Both the position numbers and the translations under genes were made by a program. Positions 1 through 7,624 of a DNA stretch of 32,000 bases are shown here, one piece after another. Position 1 is the first letter of the stretch, and each line of letters begins with the position of its first letter. The DNA is taken from positions 270,001-302,000 of the forward strand of contig NZ_CP195536.1 of assembly GCF_051307035.1 (NCBI RefSeq), written 5' to 3'. The stretch comes from Psychrobacter sp. DM4. Its GTDB lineage: Bacteria; Pseudomonadota; Gammaproteobacteria; Pseudomonadales; Moraxellaceae. The notes beneath the pieces are model-generated. The model saw only the letters and a list, made by a program, of their open reading frames with translations, was not told where the DNA came from and ran no database searches.

Positions 1-1
1 C

Positions 2-406
2 GATGGCTACTTTGCGCGTAAGCTCAATGTTATGTCCGCTTTTGGGCGTTTTTTGGATCCCGTCGCTGATAAGCTCATGGTTGCGGCAGCACTTATAATA
101 TTGGTGCAATGGCATCCCAACATTATCATGGCGATAGCCGCTATTGTCATTATCTCGCGTGAGATTGCGGTATCGGCATTGCGTGAGTGGATGGCGGAGC
201 TAGGTAACAGCACCAGCGTTGCCGTCTCTTATGTCGGCAAACTAAAAACGACATTCCAAATGGTCGCGATTACGGTATTGCTGCTGAACTGGGAGTCACT
301 TGAAACCATCGGTTATGTACTGATGATGGCAGCCGTGGTACTGACCTTGTGGTCGATGATGATTTACCTCAAAGCCGCTTGGCCTTATTTGAAGCAGAGC
401 GGGTAA
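2..406 (+). CDS. pgsA: CDP-diacylglycerol--glycerol-3-phosphate 3-phosphatidyltransferase, 5'-truncated by the window edge
   Basis: The frame is open from nt 2 and reads DGYFARKLNVMSAFGRFLDPVADK, the CDP-alcohol phosphatidyltransferase motif D-G-x2-A-R...G-x3-D-x3-D. Downstream, SALREWMAELG..SVAVS..GKLKTT.QM closely resembles E. coli PgsA as I recall it. Confidence 0.9.
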   Translation, partial: DGYFARKLNVMSAFGRFLDPVADKLMVAAALIILVQWHPNIIMAIAAIVIISREIAVSALREWMAELGNSTSVAVSYVGKLKTTFQMVAITVLLLNWESLETIGYVLMMAAVVLTLWSMMIYLKAAWPYLKQSG

Positions 407-438
407 GATTCAAAAAGATATCTAAAGTTACCATCAAT

Positions 439-471
439 AAAAAGCCAGTCGCATATTGCCACTGGCTTTTT
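439..471. terminator. Bidirectional rho-independent terminator between the convergent pgsA and GSP26-like genes
   Basis: Hairpin gccagtcgca / tgccactggc at 444-466 with one C.C mismatch and a tat loop. It is preceded by an A-run (439-443) and followed by a T-run (467-471). Confidence 0.6.
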
Positions 472-497
472 ATTGATGGTATTTAGCTCTCAAAGTA

Positions 498-992
498 CTA
501 TAGTTCTATTGAGAAATTTTCACCTAAGCTTTTTTCAATAGCCGTATCTGTTACTGCTGCGGCTGCCATTTTAGCAGCGCTAGCGATAGCATTACCATTG
601 GCCCAATATTCAGCGCCATGCGGGACGACTTTGATTAGCTGAACCTCTGAATCATCAATGCCCTTTTTGAAGTAGGCGTTGTACATGACTGACCACAGCT
701 CCTCAAGCTTTTCTCTATCTTCGACCAGTTCTGCCTTACCTGTAATAGACAGGTAGTTTTTGTCGTCCTGACTAACATAAGCCAAATTCACCTGTGGATT
801 TTTTTCGATGTTAGCAATCGTCTCAGACGGCTTATGGCCGATGAACCAAATTTCTTTGGCACCAATGCTTGTCTCAGTCGTATTCATCGGGCAAGAATGC
901 AGATGATCCTCATGAGTACGCGTGGTCATCATCGTATATTTAATGTCATTTACCATGACCTGAATTTTATCCATCTGCTCTTGTTTACTCAT
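498..992 (-). CDS. General stress protein 26-like / pyridoxamine 5'-phosphate oxidase-fold family protein (copy 1)
   Basis: 164-aa ORF. The pattern MMTT...CPM...EIWFIG....NPQV.L.Y.....NYLS..G.AELV.D..KLEELW...Y...F.KG.DD..V.LIKV.P..AEYW matches my memory of the GSP26/PNPOx-like family. It is a paralog of 1240..1734. Confidence 0.7.
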   Translation of the reverse strand: MSKQEQMDKIQVMVNDIKYTMMTTRTHEDHLHSCPMNTTETSIGAKEIWFIGHKPSETIANIEKNPQVNLAYVSQDDKNYLSITGKAELVEDREKLEELWSVMYNAYFKKGIDDSEVQLIKVVPHGAEYWANGNAIASAAKMAAAAVTDTAIEKSLGENFSIEL

Positions 993-1181
993 AATAGAAT
1001 TCCTTTTAATTTATATGATTATTTATTGATATAGCGATATCTTTTAGAAGATATCTCCCGATATTGAAACAGCTACTAACCATGAATATAGCGAAATAGG
1101 CGAATACAACGCTACAGCTAGTGTGTAATACGCTATGAAGATTTGTAAACTCTATATCTCATATGGAATATTTTAAACATA

Positions 1182-1215
1182 AAAAAACGTCAATAAGAGC
1201 TCTCTTATTGACGTT
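1182..1215 (-). terminator. Rho-independent terminator downstream of GSP26-like copy 2
   Basis: Perfect 13-bp inverted repeat acgtcaataagag / ctcttattgacgt (1188-1200 / 1203-1215). On the minus-strand transcript the hairpin is followed by a 7-nt U-run (complement of A 1182-1188). Confidence 0.75.
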
Positions 1216-1239
1216 TAAAATGAATTTAGAACTCTTTAT

Positions 1240-1734
1240 TTATAACGAGATATTAAATTGCTCACCCATATCTTCAGCAGTTTTACCATCTTGTAAGGCA
1301 GCAGATACCATCTTAAACATATTCACAGTAGAGCTACCGCTTATCCAGCACTCAACGCCATGCGGTACAACTTTGATCAATTGCACGTTTTCATCTTCTT
1401 TACCGTGTTCAAACCACGCATTATAAACAGGTGACCAAAGCTCTTCTAGCTTAGCTTTGTCCGTTGGCAATTCAGCGTTGGCGCTAACTGAGACATAGTT
1501 TTTTTCGTCTTGAGTAGCATAGGATAATCCAATTTTTGGATTGTCTTGGATGTCTTTGACTACATCTGAGGACTTATCCCCAATGAACCAGATCTCTTTG
1601 CCACCGATACTGCTTTCGCTAGTGGTCATCGGCCAAGCATGGACATCGCCCTTGCTGTTTATAGTACTCATCATGGCAAACTTAACGTCTTTAATAACAT
1701 CTTGTACTTTATCGATATTCTCTTGCTTACTCAT
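1240..1734 (-). CDS. General stress protein 26-like / PNPOx-fold family protein (copy 2)
   Basis: 164-aa ORF, the same length as copy 1 and roughly half identical by eye (MSKQE..DK.Q....D.K..MM.T...........PM.T.E.SIG.KEIWFIG.K.S........NP...L.Y..QD.KNY.S......L.....KLEELWS..YNA.F..G..D..VQLIKVVPHG.E.W). Confidence 0.7.
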   Translation of the reverse strand: MSKQENIDKVQDVIKDVKFAMMSTINSKGDVHAWPMTTSESSIGGKEIWFIGDKSSDVVKDIQDNPKIGLSYATQDEKNYVSVSANAELPTDKAKLEELWSPVYNAWFEHGKEDENVQLIKVVPHGVECWISGSSTVNMFKMVSAALQDGKTAEDMGEQFNISL

Positions 1735-1923
1735 AAAACATCCTTTTTATATTGTTTATTTTAGTGTTAGTTTTATCTTTTCATTTAACTGCCTGTAGCA
1801 TAACGATAATGGTGGCTAAAGTTATATAGGCTGCCAGTAATACGATGTGAGCGTTTGTAAGCTATATAACGGTTAGGTAAAAATATGACAAGCTTGATGA
1901 TTATCAAATTATACGGCTTTTAC

Positions 1924-1952
1924 CTGATTATTACGGGTCTTCTTGTTATAAT
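1924..1952 (+). promoter_or_regulatory. Candidate sigma-70 promoter for purL with an extended -10
   Basis: tgtTATAAT at 1944-1952 (TGn extended -10). The -35 is weak (ctgatt, 1924-1929) at 17-nt spacing. It lies about 67 nt upstream of the purL ATG. Prediction from sequence only. Confidence 0.3.
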
Positions 1953-2018
1953 GCGCAGACCCTCTACTTTGTATAGCAGCGCGTCTGCTATGGCCTATAT
2001 TTTAGGAAACCTGCCTTT

Positions 2019-5000
2019 ATGATGACTATCGCCGGACAGCCATTCTTGACCGACTTTCAAACCCAGCAACTCATCACCCAATTTGCACAAAAGACTGAGC
2101 TACATGTTACTCAAATAAATACGCAACAAGTATACGTGCTATCGCGTGATCTAAACGCTGATGAGCGTAAAAAAGCGCTAGATCTACTGGGTGCAAAAAA
2201 CGAGACGTCCCTCGCTACTACTAAAGATAAGCAAATTCAAGTCATCGTTGGTCCACGTTTTGGCACGATTTCGCCATGGGCGAGTAAAGCGACCGATATC
2301 TTTAATAATTGTGAGCTTGAGATTCACCGCGTTGAGCGCGTTATCGTTTATACATTAACAATTGAGGGTGAAGCAGGCGAAAAACTACCAGTAGACGCTG
2401 AGCAATTATTGTTTGATCGCATGACGCAAAGCTTGGTTTATGATTTGAGTGAAGTGAGCAAGCTATTTGATGACGAACCGCCAGCATCGCTCAATCATAT
2501 CGATGTGATCGGACAAGGTCAGTCGGCGCTAGAATCTGCCAATACGACATTTGGTTTTGCGTTATCAAGTGAAGACATTGATTATCTGATGAATGCGTAT
2601 GTCAATGAGCTTAAGCGCAATCCAACTGACGTTGAGCTGATGATGTTTGCACAGGCGAACTCAGAGCATTGCCGTCATAAGATATTTAATGCCCAATGGA
2701 CAGTCGATGGCGCAGTACAGCCGAAATCACTGTTCCAAATGATTAAGAATACTTATCAGTCGAATCCACAAGGTATCTTGTCGGCTTATAAAGACAACGC
2801 CGCAGTGATGGCTGGGGCAGAAGGGATGCGTTTTTACCCGATTCCTACCGATCCTCAAGATCCTAATTCAGCGCATCCGTATGGCTTCCATCAAGAAGCT
2901 ATCGATATCTTAATGAAGGTCGAAACCCATAACCATCCAACCGCGATTGCTCCTTATGCGGGTGCAGCGACAGGTGCTGGTGGTGAAATTCGTGATGAAG
3001 GCGCGACTGGTCGTGGCGGTAAGCCAAAAGCTGGCTTGACGGGCTTTCACGTATCACACTTGCATATCCCAGAGCTCGCTGAGAAATGGGAGCAGTCAGG
3101 TCAGCTAAGTACTCAGGCTTATGGCACGCCCGATCGTATGGCAACGAGCCTTGAGATTATGACACAAGCACCACTCGGTTCAGCTAACTTCTCTAACGAG
3201 TTTGGGCGTCCAAACTTATGCGGTTATTTCCGTAGTTTCCAATTGGATACCTCAGCGGCAAAAGACGGCAGCGAGATGCGCGGCTATCATAAGCCCATCA
3301 TGCTGGCAGGGGGGTACGGCAATATCAAACGCAATCTCATTGAAAAAAATCCCATTCGCCAGGGTGATTTACTGATCGTCCTTGGTGGCCCTGCGATGCA
3401 AATCGGTCTTGGCGGCGGTGCGGCGTCTTCAGTCGATAGCGGCTCACTTGATGAAGGCTTAGATTTTGCCTCAGTTCAGCGTGACAATGCTGAGATGGAG
3501 CGTCGTTGCCAAGAAGTCCTCGATCGCTGCTGGGCCTTAGCTGGTAATGAAGAGTCGGGTAGTGATGTCGATGCGAGCAATAATGGCAAAGACGGCAACC
3601 CTATCGTGTCATTACATGATGTGGGCGCTGGTGGTATCTCTAATGCAATGCCTGAACTGGTCAATGACCACGAAATGGGCGCGATACTCAACCTGCGTAA
3701 AATTCCGTCGTTAGAAGCTGGCATGTCGCCAATGGCCATCTGGTCAAACGAAGCACAAGAGCGTTATGTCCTCGCGATTCGTCCAGAAAGCGAAGCCCAA
3801 TTCGACGCAATCTGTGCGCGTGAGCGCTGCCCGTATGCCATCTTGGGTACAGCTACGGATGTGCGTCAATTGGTGGTTAACGATTCGCTGCTAGATGAGC
3901 AACCTGTCGATATGCCGATGCAAGTATTGCTCGGTGGCACGCCAAAGATGAAGCGTAGCTTTGAGCGTACCGAGAGCACGTCACCAGCATTAGAGCTTGG
4001 TGATGTGAATTTAGCTGAGTCTATTACTGATGTGCTGCGTCACCCAACCGTCGCTAGTAAGTCATTTTTGATTAGCATTGGTGATCGCTCTATCACGGGC
4101 ATGGTCGTGCGTGATCAGTATGTGGGTCGCTATCAAGTGCCCGTGGCAGATTGCGCGGTGACAGCGTCAGGATTGATCGCGCTTGATGGTCAGGTGATGA
4201 GCGGCGAGGCCATGAGTATCGGTGAGCGTACACCAGTGGCGCTTATCAGTCCAAAAGCTTCTGCGCGTTTAGCAGTGGGTGAAGCAATTACCAACATCGC
4301 TGGCGCGCGTATTGCTCAGTTGTCTGATATCACGATGTCAGCGAACTGGATGGCAGCATGCGGTGATGATGCAGAAGATGCGGCACTATTCGATGCGGTA
4401 CATGCCGTCGGTGAAGAGCTGTGCCCAGCACTCGGTATCGCTATCCCAGTCGGTAAAGACTCGCTATCGATGCGTGCTAACTGGACAGACAGCAGTGAAG
4501 AAGGTGATACGGATAAATCAGTCGTGTCACCAATGAGCTTGGTAATTACCGCGTTTGCTCCTGTGGTTGATGTGGCAAAAACGCTAACGCCTGAGCTAAT
4601 CAATGGCGATAGCGCGTTCTACCGTATTGATTTGTCTAAAGGTAAATTGCGTTTAGGCGGCTCAATCCTTGCGCAAACGCTTAGCCAATTGAGTAACGAT
4701 TGCCCAGATCTAGCACAGCCAAGCGACTTGATCGACTTCTTTAACTTTATCCAAGCGGGTAACGCGCAAGGCGTCATCAGCGCTTATCACGATATCGGTG
4801 ATGGTGGTCTGCTTGCAACTATCGCAGAGATGCAGTTCACTAGCCGTCAGGGTATCAAGCTTTCATTAAATGACGATAACTTACTCGGTCAGCTGTTCAG
4901 TGAGGAGCTGGGTGCAGTTATCCAAGTATTGCCAGAAAACGTCGCTGCTCTAATGCAATTGGCAGAAGAGTTTAACGTTGCTGATATGCTGAGTCTCGTT

Positions 5001-6044
5001 GGTCAAAGCTCTGAAGAAGACAGCTTACTTATCCAAACGCCTTTGCACATGGGTGATGATACCTTACGCTTTAGCCGTACTGAGTTACAGCAAGCGTGGA
5101 CGCAGGTTAGCTATCAGATCGCGCGCCGCCGTGATAATCCAGCGTGCGTACAGCAAGAGTATGACCTAATCAGTGATGACAGTCACAAAGGCCTAATCGC
5201 TGCGCCAAACTTTGATCTCAATCAAAAGGTTGAAGCACCTTATGTAAGCAGCCGTGCTGATGCTAATAACAGCCAACCAAGAGTCGCCATCCTCCGCGAG
5301 CAAGGCGTCAACGGTCAGACAGAAATGGCAGCAGGCTTTACCCAAGCGGGTTTTGAAGCGGTCGATGTACACATGAGCGATCTACTGAGTGGTCGTATCA
5401 ATCTACGTGACTTCGACGGTCTGGTCGCGTGTGGTGGCTTTAGTTATGGTGATGTATTGGGCGCAGGCTCTGGCTGGGCGAACTCTATCCTGTTCCATGA
5501 CGAGTTACGCATGCAGTTTGTGCGCTTCTTTGCCCGTCCTGATACCTTCTCACTAGGCGTCTGTAATGGCTGTCAGATGATGGCTCAGTTAAAAGACCTC
5601 ATCCCAGGTGCAGATAATTTCCCACGCTTCATCGCCAACCAATCGGCTCGTTTTGAGGCGCGTACGGTCAATGTCAAAGTCGAGCGTACCAAGTCCATCC
5701 TATTCAAAGGCATGCAAGATAGTATCTTACCGATTGCTGTCGCCCATGGGGAAGGCTACGCCACGCTTAACGAGACCGAAATCGATGGCATGTCCAAACA
5801 CGGTCAGCTAGCGATGCGTTATGTCGATAGCCAAGGTCATCCTACTGAGACTTATCCGCTCAATCCAAACGGCTCGCTCGGCGGTGTCACGGGTCTGTGT
5901 AGTACTGATGGTCGCGTCACTATCATGATGCCGCATCCTGAGCGTAACTTAAAAGCCTATAACCACAGCTGGAAACCAGAAGCGTGGGATGAGGACGGTG
6001 CGTGGATGCGTATGTTCCGTAATGCGCGGGCTTGGTTGCGTTAA
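2019..6044 (+). CDS. purL: Phosphoribosylformylglycinamidine synthase (large single-chain FGAM synthase)
   Basis: 1341-aa ORF with an AGGAA RBS 10 nt upstream. It has FGAM synthetase-type blocks and a C-terminal glutaminase domain with the nucleophile motif GVCNGCQMM and MPHPER. Confidence 0.97.
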   Translation: MMTIAGQPFLTDFQTQQLITQFAQKTELHVTQINTQQVYVLSRDLNADERKKALDLLGAKNETSLATTKDKQIQVIVGPRFGTISPWASKATDIFNNCELEIHRVERVIVYTLTIEGEAGEKLPVDAEQLLFDRMTQSLVYDLSEVSKLFDDEPPASLNHIDVIGQGQSALESANTTFGFALSSEDIDYLMNAYVNELKRNPTDVELMMFAQANSEHCRHKIFNAQWTVDGAVQPKSLFQMIKNTYQSNPQGILSAYKDNAAVMAGAEGMRFYPIPTDPQDPNSAHPYGFHQEAIDILMKVETHNHPTAIAPYAGAATGAGGEIRDEGATGRGGKPKAGLTGFHVSHLHIPELAEKWEQSGQLSTQAYGTPDRMATSLEIMTQAPLGSANFSNEFGRPNLCGYFRSFQLDTSAAKDGSEMRGYHKPIMLAGGYGNIKRNLIEKNPIRQGDLLIVLGGPAMQIGLGGGAASSVDSGSLDEGLDFASVQRDNAEMERRCQEVLDRCWALAGNEESGSDVDASNNGKDGNPIVSLHDVGAGGISNAMPELVNDHEMGAILNLRKIPSLEAGMSPMAIWSNEAQERYVLAIRPESEAQFDAICARERCPYAILGTATDVRQLVVNDSLLDEQPVDMPMQVLLGGTPKMKRSFERTESTSPALELGDVNLAESITDVLRHPTVASKSFLISIGDRSITGMVVRDQYVGRYQVPVADCAVTASGLIALDGQVMSGEAMSIGERTPVALISPKASARLAVGEAITNIAGARIAQLSDITMSANWMAACGDDAEDAALFDAVHAVGEELCPALGIAIPVGKDSLSMRANWTDSSEEGDTDKSVVSPMSLVITAFAPVVDVAKTLTPELINGDSAFYRIDLSKGKLRLGGSILAQTLSQLSNDCPDLAQPSDLIDFFNFIQAGNAQGVISAYHDIGDGGLLATIAEMQFTSRQGIKLSLNDDNLLGQLFSEELGAVIQVLPENVAALMQLAEEFNVADMLSLVGQSSEEDSLLIQTPLHMGDDTLRFSRTELQQAWTQVSYQIARRRDNPACVQQEYDLISDDSHKGLIAAPNFDLNQKVEAPYVSSRADANNSQPRVAILREQGVNGQTEMAAGFTQAGFEAVDVHMSDLLSGRINLRDFDGLVACGGFSYGDVLGAGSGWANSILFHDELRMQFVRFFARPDTFSLGVCNGCQMMAQLKDLIPGADNFPRFIANQSARFEARTVNVKVERTKSILFKGMQDSILPIAVAHGEGYATLNETEIDGMSKHGQLAMRYVDSQGHPTETYPLNPNGSLGGVTGLCSTDGRVTIMMPHPERNLKAYNHSWKPEAWDEDGAWMRMFRNARAWLR

Positions 6045-6177
6045 GATATAAGGTAATTTGTTCTAAGGTATAGTTTTAGATAGCTGTTTTTTAAAATAAG
6101 AAGGTGGGCTTAGGCTCACCTTTTTTGTGTTTGGGATTTGGGTTTTTGAGAAATAGGGGAGCTAATCCCGCCTTTCG
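5967..6177 (+). repeat. Direct repeat copy 1: purL 3' end (last 26 codons), terminator and about 50 nt beyond
   Basis: The first 59 nt are identical to 7023-7081. The rest of the coding part differs only by three synonymous third-position changes and the stop codon. The non-coding tail is homologous with indels, ending near cccgccttt (6168-6177). Confidence 0.9.
6099..6127 (+). terminator. Rho-independent terminator of purL
   Basis: Stem ggtgggc / ggctcacc (one G.U pair) with loop ttag, followed by tttttt (6121-6126). Confidence 0.7.
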
Positions 6178-6184
6178 CTTGTAT

Positions 6185-6282
6185 CTGCCAGTCTGGGCGA
6201 GGCGCTGGCTACGGTTTGGGTCGTCGCTTGCTCCGCGTCGACACCCCAAAACCTACCCATCGCAACTCGCCCAAACCAGCAG
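6185..6282. repeat. GC-rich imperfect palindrome (two arms of about 42 nt, 12-nt centre) of unknown function
   Basis: By hand alignment, 6185-6226 pairs with 6239-6282. About 32 of 42 opposed positions are Watson-Crick, with a 2-nt bulge at 6260-6261. Five of the ten mismatches are C.A, which would be G.U on a minus-strand fold. It is much more GC-rich than the surrounding intergenic DNA. Confidence 0.6.
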
Positions 6283-6360
6283 GATACCGCTACAGTCGGT
6301 GCTAAACCGCGCCTCAAGACTACTGTTTATAGTTGGTTTGAAATTTGCTAAAAAATACTA

Positions 6361-6390
6361 TTGGAAATATACGTCAATGACGTATATACT
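6361..6390 (+). promoter_or_regulatory. Candidate higBA promoter with a palindromic operator in the spacer
   Basis: -35 TTGGAA (6361-6366), 18-nt spacer, -10 TATACT (6385-6390). A perfect palindrome atatacgtca-a-tgacgtatat (6367-6387) fills the spacer. AAGGA RBS at 6405-6409. Confidence 0.5.
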
Positions 6391-6416
6391 TGAGAAATAA
6401 CGATAAAGGATTATAG

Positions 6417-6749
6417 ATGCTACATTTTATAGAAACCCCGTTATTTACCAAACAAGTGCTTAAATTGTTGGATGATGATAACTATAAAGAGCTGCAAGCG
6501 GATTTGATAAATAATCCAGACCAAGGGGCTTTAATTCAAGGTACAGGTGGTGTCAGAAAAACTAGATGGGCGCTGAATCAAGGTAAAAGTGGTGGCGTAC
6601 GTATCATCTATTATTTTGTTGATAGTCACGGCATATTTTTTATGTTGCTTGCCTATCCAAAAAATAAAAAGGTCAGTTTATCGAGTCAAGAAAAATCTAG
6701 CTTGTATAAACTAACTCAACAAATCAAAGAGGTATATAATCATGAGTAA
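6417..6749 (+). CDS. higB: Type II toxin, RelE/ParE superfamily, HigB-2-like
   Basis: 110 aa. The block GTGGVRKTRWALNQGKSGGVRIIYYF...FFMLLAYPKN matches my memory of Vibrio HigB-2 (GTGGLRKIR....GKRGGSRIIYYF...FYLLTIYGKN). The toxin-first order and 8-nt overlap (ATGAGTAA) with the next gene are typical of higBA. Confidence 0.85.
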   Translation: MLHFIETPLFTKQVLKLLDDDNYKELQADLINNPDQGALIQGTGGVRKTRWALNQGKSGGVRIIYYFVDSHGIFFMLLAYPKNKKVSLSSQEKSSLYKLTQQIKEVYNHE

Positions 6750-7023
6750 TGAATTTTATGATGATCTATCAACGTCATTGAATCAAGCATTAGCAATTGC
6801 CAAAGGGGACGCCCAACCTAGCCGACAGTTTAGTCATGAAATGCCCGATATTAAATTAATTCGTACTAAGACAGGGTTATCGCAACAGCAGTTTGCCGAT
6901 AAGCTAAATATCAGCTCTCGTACTTTACAGAACTGGGAACAAGGGACTAGAAATCCAACAGGGGCGACGATTACGCTTATGCGCTTGTTGGATAAGCAGC
7001 CTGATTTGATTGGTTTGGCTTAA
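6742..7023 (+). CDS. higA: Type II antitoxin, XRE-family HTH, HigA-2-like
   Basis: 93 aa. The C-terminal HTH block [39 protein letters not shown] resembles HigA-2/XRE antitoxins (..TLENWEQGR..P...A..L.RL). It is translationally coupled to higB. Its stop codon TAA (7021-7023) abuts the start of repeat copy 2. Confidence 0.85.
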   Translation: MSNEFYDDLSTSLNQALAIAKGDAQPSRQFSHEMPDIKLIRTKTGLSQQQFADKLNISSRTLQNWEQGTRNPTGATITLMRLLDKQPDLIGLA

Positions 7024-7100
7024 GCTGGAAACCAGAAGCGTGGGATGAGGACGGTGCGTGGATGCGTATGTTCCGTAATGCTCGTGCTTGGTTGCGATAG
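7023..7100 (+). pseudogene. Displaced orphan 3' fragment of purL (last 25 codons plus stop)
   Basis: It translates to [25 protein letters not shown], identical in protein to the purL C-terminus. There is no upstream purL body. It differs from 5967-6044 only by gcg>gct, cgg>cgt, cgt>cga and taa>tag. Confidence 0.9.
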
Positions 7101-7130
7101 ACTGGTTTGATTTGGTTGTTTTAGATAATA

Positions 7131-7160
7131 AAAAAGGTGGGCTTCGGCTCACCTTTTTTG
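7131..7160 (+). terminator. Second copy of the purL-type terminator
   Basis: aaaaaaggtgggc-ttcg-gctcacc followed by tttttt. It has a UUCG-type tetraloop. Confidence 0.65.
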
Positions 7161-7402
7161 TGTTTGGAATTTGCTTTTATTTGGGAGCATTTCCCGCCTT
7201 TTTATTTCAAGCGTGAACTTTGTCCATTACGACAGAAAAAATTTTTCTTAACAATTAACGTGTTTTCCATTACAGAAGAAACATTCGCATAATGAGAAGT
7301 AATTGCTGACTTTATGCGTTTAGTATATTATAAATAATCAAGGCAACTACTTATTACCCTATAGAATTGCTGGATTAGCAAGTTCTAGCTTGTATAAGGA
7401 CT

Positions 7403-7618
7403 ATGGCAATGAACATTGTAAACAAAGCACTTAATATATTTGCAAACCCGAAAGGTTGTAAAAAAGATATGAATGAGCGTCTTATCGTTGACGAATATGG
7501 TAACTTACGTGTGAACTATGAGAACAAGAGTGTGCAAGAGGGAATGACAAAGCAGATCCAAGCATTGAAAAGAATGGAAGCCAGAAAATTATCTGAAACC
7601 GAGGGTGAAGCTGGTTAG
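7403..7618 (+). CDS. Hypothetical small soluble protein (71 aa), first gene of an AT-rich two-gene cassette
   Basis: An AAGGA RBS lies just upstream (a second in-frame ATG at 7409 has better spacing). A possible promoter is TTGCTG (7303-7308), 17 nt, TATTAT (7326-7331). The protein is hydrophilic and I recognise no family. Its stop is 6 nt before the next ORF. Confidence 0.45.
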   Translation: MAMNIVNKALNIFANPKGCKKDMNERLIVDEYGNLRVNYENKSVQEGMTKQIQALKRMEARKLSETEGEAG

Positions 7619-7624
7619 TGTACT

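Larger units (their letters stand above)
7023..7201 (+). repeat. Direct repeat copy 2 (purL 3' fragment, terminator and flanking sequence)
   Basis: See copy 1. The terminator stem is conserved but the loop is ttcg instead of ttag. Homology fades after cccgccttt (7193-7201). Confidence 0.9.

Noticed and set aside
6185-6330. Possibility that the palindrome is an integron attC site, since HigBA-2 modules are classic superintegron cassettes
   Set aside because: I could not find the conserved core sites on either strand (RYYYAAC / GTTRRRY). gctaaac and gtttagc fail the consensus at one position. There is no intI or attI, and no array of cassettes in the window. I kept it only as a weak alternative under the palindrome finding.
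6104-6400. 98-aa ORF in the purL-higB intergenic region
   Set aside because: It begins inside the purL terminator stem with a non-ATG start. It runs through the GC-rich palindrome and the higBA promoter, and has an Arg/Leu/Pro-rich composition typical of a spurious read-through of GC-rich non-coding DNA. There is no RBS.
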